NCBI RefSeq assembly: GCF_964204645.1
Contig: NC_134036.1
Span: 7,416,163-7,480,162, forward strand
Reading direction: 5' to 3'
DNA length: 64,000 nt
From: Tubulanus polymorphus
Taxonomy: Eukaryota; Animalia; Nemertea
Each line of letters starts with the position of its first letter. Position 1 is the stretch's first letter. This document shows positions 61,761 through 64,000 of this stretch, piece by piece. The notes below the pieces were generated by a model. The model searched no databases. It was not told the DNA's origin and saw only the letters and a program-made list of their open reading frames with translations. Both the position numbers and the translations under genes were made by a program.

Positions 61761-64000
61761 TGTTCGAAAAACGACTAAGTGCTGACCGGGCCTTGATCAG
61801 CGTTACGACCCGGAGCATTGAGGGAGGGAGGGAGGCAGTAGGTCGGTCGTCCATCCGTTCGTCAGTGTGCCGGCGGTGGTAGTTCGAAAAACGACTAAGT
61901 GCTGACCGGGCCTTGATCAGCGTTACGACCCGGTGCAGTGAGGGAGGGAGGGAGGGAGGGAGGTAGTAGGTCGGTCGTCCGTCCGTTCGTCAGTGTGCCG
62001 GCGGTGGTTGTTCGAAAAACGAATAAGTGCTGACCGGGTCATGATCAGCGTTACGACCCGGTGCAGTGAGGGAGGGAGGGAGGGACGCAGTAGGTCGGTC
62101 GTCCATCCGTTCGTCAGTGTATCGGCGGTTGTTGTTCGAAAAACGACTAAGTGCTGACCGGGCCTTGATCAGCGTTACGACCCGGAGCAGTGAGGGAGGG
62201 AGGGAGGCAGTAGGTCGGTCGTCCGTCCGTTCGCCAGTGTGCCGGCGGTGGTTGTTCGAAAAACGACTAAGTGCTGACCGGGCCATGAACAGCGTTACGA
62301 CCCGGCACCGGTCAGGAAGGGAGGGAGGATGGCAGTAGGTCAGTCGTCCGTTCGTTCGTCAGTGTGCCGGCGGTGGTTGTTCGAAAAACGACTAAGTGCT
62401 GACCGGGCCTTGATCAGCGTTATGACCCGGAGCATTGAGGGAGGGAGGGAGGCAGTAGGTCGGTCGTCCGTCCGTTTGTCAGTGTGCCGGCAGCGATGGT
62501 TGTTCGAAAAATGACTAAGTGCTGACCGGGCCTTGATCAGCGTTACGACCCGGAGCATTGAGGGAGGGAGGGAGGCAGTAGGTCGGTCGTCCATCCGTTC
62601 GTCAGTGTGCCGGCGGTGGTAGTTCGAAAAACGACTAAGTGCTGACCGGGCCTTGATCAGCGTTACGACCCGGTGCAGTGAGGGAGGGAGGGAGGCAGTA
62701 GGTCGGTCGTCCGTCCGTTCGCCAGTGTGCCGGCGGTGGTTGTTCGAAAAACGACTAAGTGCTGACCGGGCCTTGATCAGCGTTACGACCCGGAGCAGTG
62801 AGGGAGGGAGGGAGGCAGTAGGTCGGTCGTCCGTCCTTTCGCCAGAGTGCCGCTGGTGGTTGTTCGAAAAACGACTAAGTGCTGACCGGGCCTTGATCAG
62901 CGTTACGACCCGGTGCAGTGAGGGAGGGAGGGAGGCAGTAGGTCGGTCGTCCGTCCAGTCGTCAGTGTGCCGGCGATGGTTGTTCGAAAAACGACTAAGT
63001 GCTGACCGGGCCATGCACAGCGTTACGACCCGGCACCGGTCAGGAAGGGAGGGAGGGTGGCAGTAGGTCGGTCGTCCGTTCGTTGGTCAGTGTGCCGGCG
63101 GTGGTAGTTCGAAAAACGACTAAGTGCTGACCGGGCCTTGATCAGCGTTACGACCCGGAGCAGTGTGGGAGGGAGGGGGACAGTAGGTCGGTCGTCCGTC
63201 CGTTCGTCAGTGTGCCGCTGGTGGTTGTTCGAAAAACGACTAAGTGCTGACCGGGCCTTGATCAGCGTTACGACCCGGTGCAGTGAGGGAGGGAGGGAGG
63301 CAGTAGGTCGGTCGTCCGTCCAGTCGTCAGTGTGCCGGCGGTGGTTGTTCGAAAAACGACTAAGTGCTGACCGGGCCATGCACAGCGTTACGACCCGGCA
63401 CCGGTCAGGAAGGGAGGGAGGGTGGCAGTAGGTCGGTCGTCCGTTCGTTGGTCAGTGTGCCGGCGGTGGTAGTTCGAAAAACGACTAAGTGCTGACCGGG
63501 TCTTGGTCAGCGTTACGACCCGGAGCAGTGTGGGAGGGAGGGGGACAGTAGGTCGGTCGTCCGTCCGTTCGTCAGTGTGCCGGCAGAGTTGGTTGTTCGA
63601 AAAACGACTAAGTGCTGACCGGGCCTTGATCAGCGTTACGACCCGGCGTTGTGAGGGAGGGAGGGAGGCAGTAGGTCGGTCGTCCATCCGTTCGTCAGTG
63701 TGCCGGCGGTGGTTGTTCGAAAAACGACTAAGTGCTGACCGGGCCTTGATCAGCGTTACGACCCGGCACCGGTCAGGAAGGGAGGGAGGGTGGCAGTAGG
63801 TCGGTCGTCCATCCGTTCGTCAGTGTGCCGGCGGTGGTTGTTCGAAAAACGACTAAGTGCTGACCGGGCCTTGATCAGCGTTACGACCCGGCGCAGTGAG
63901 GGAGGGAGGGAGGCAGTAGGTCGGTCGTCCGTCCGTTCGTCAGTGTGCCGGCGGTGGTTGTTCGAAAAACGACTAAGTGCTGACCGGGCCTTGATCAGCG

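Larger units (their letters stand above)
1..64000 (+). repeat. Satellite DNA: tandem array of ~120-bp monomers (length classes ~116-128 bp; ~520-525 copies; single orientation; truncated by both window ends)
   Basis: Landmarks GCTGACCGGG, CAGCGTTACGACCCGG, (GGGA)n and TTCGAAAAACGACTAAG recur about every 120-125 bp throughout with no unique intervening sequence. The window begins and ends with TGACCGGGCCTTGATCAGCG. Copy number is estimated from a mean unit length of ~122 bp. Confidence 0.99.

Noticed and set aside
1-64000. All ORFs in the supplied track as protein-coding genes
   Set aside because: They are translations of the repeat itself and are broken constantly by 124/125-bp monomers and stop-creating variants (TAG, TGA). 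They have no unique domains and no consistent start context.
1-64000. CRISPR array (palindromic ~37-bp element recurring at regular spacing)
   Set aside because: The intervening ~85 bp are near-identical between units rather than unique spacers; there is no leader and there are no cas genes.
1-64000. Rolling-circle or amplification concatemer of a single small circle (viroid-like element or MDA artefact)
   Set aside because: Multiple discrete subtypes, nested duplications and region-specific variants record a long evolutionary history rather than copies of one template.
1-64000. Inversions, transposon insertions or telomeric repeats within the array
   Set aside because: I saw no reverse-orientation monomers (no CCCTCCCT on the + strand) and no non-satellite sequence. 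The isolated TTAGGG in the GCAGTTAGGG variant is a single substitution, not a telomere tract.

Overview
The whole 64-kb window is one uninterrupted head-to-tail tandem array (satellite DNA) of a ~120-bp GC-rich monomer. It holds roughly 520-525 copies, all in one orientation, and runs off both window ends. Consensus (exact copy at 16288-16407): TGACCGGGCCTTGATCAGCGTTACGACCCGGTGCAGTGAGGGAGGGAGGGAGGCAGTAGGTCGGTCGTCCGTCCGTTCGTCAGTGTGCCGGCGGTGGTTGTTCGAAAAACGACTAAGTGC. By hand count it is G47 C27 A21 T25 (~62% GC) with 13 CpG. I found no genes, RNA genes, transposons, CRISPR spacers or unique sequence; all listed ORFs are by-products of the 120-bp (40-codon) periodicity. The information lies in the array's architecture: discrete monomer subtypes in a recurrent order, nested higher-order repeats (2-, 3-, 10-, 11-, 12-, 15- and 22-mers), and three imperfect copies of an ~11.3-11.8-kb super-unit. 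Each monomer carries a ~37-bp quasi-palindrome and a (GGGA)n tract with G-quadruplex potential. The first ~10.5 kb has many single-base indels that look like sequencing error. I cannot identify the organism or satellite family. The organisation is typical of eukaryotic centromeric, pericentromeric or subtelomeric satellite, and I see no gene-based novel system here.
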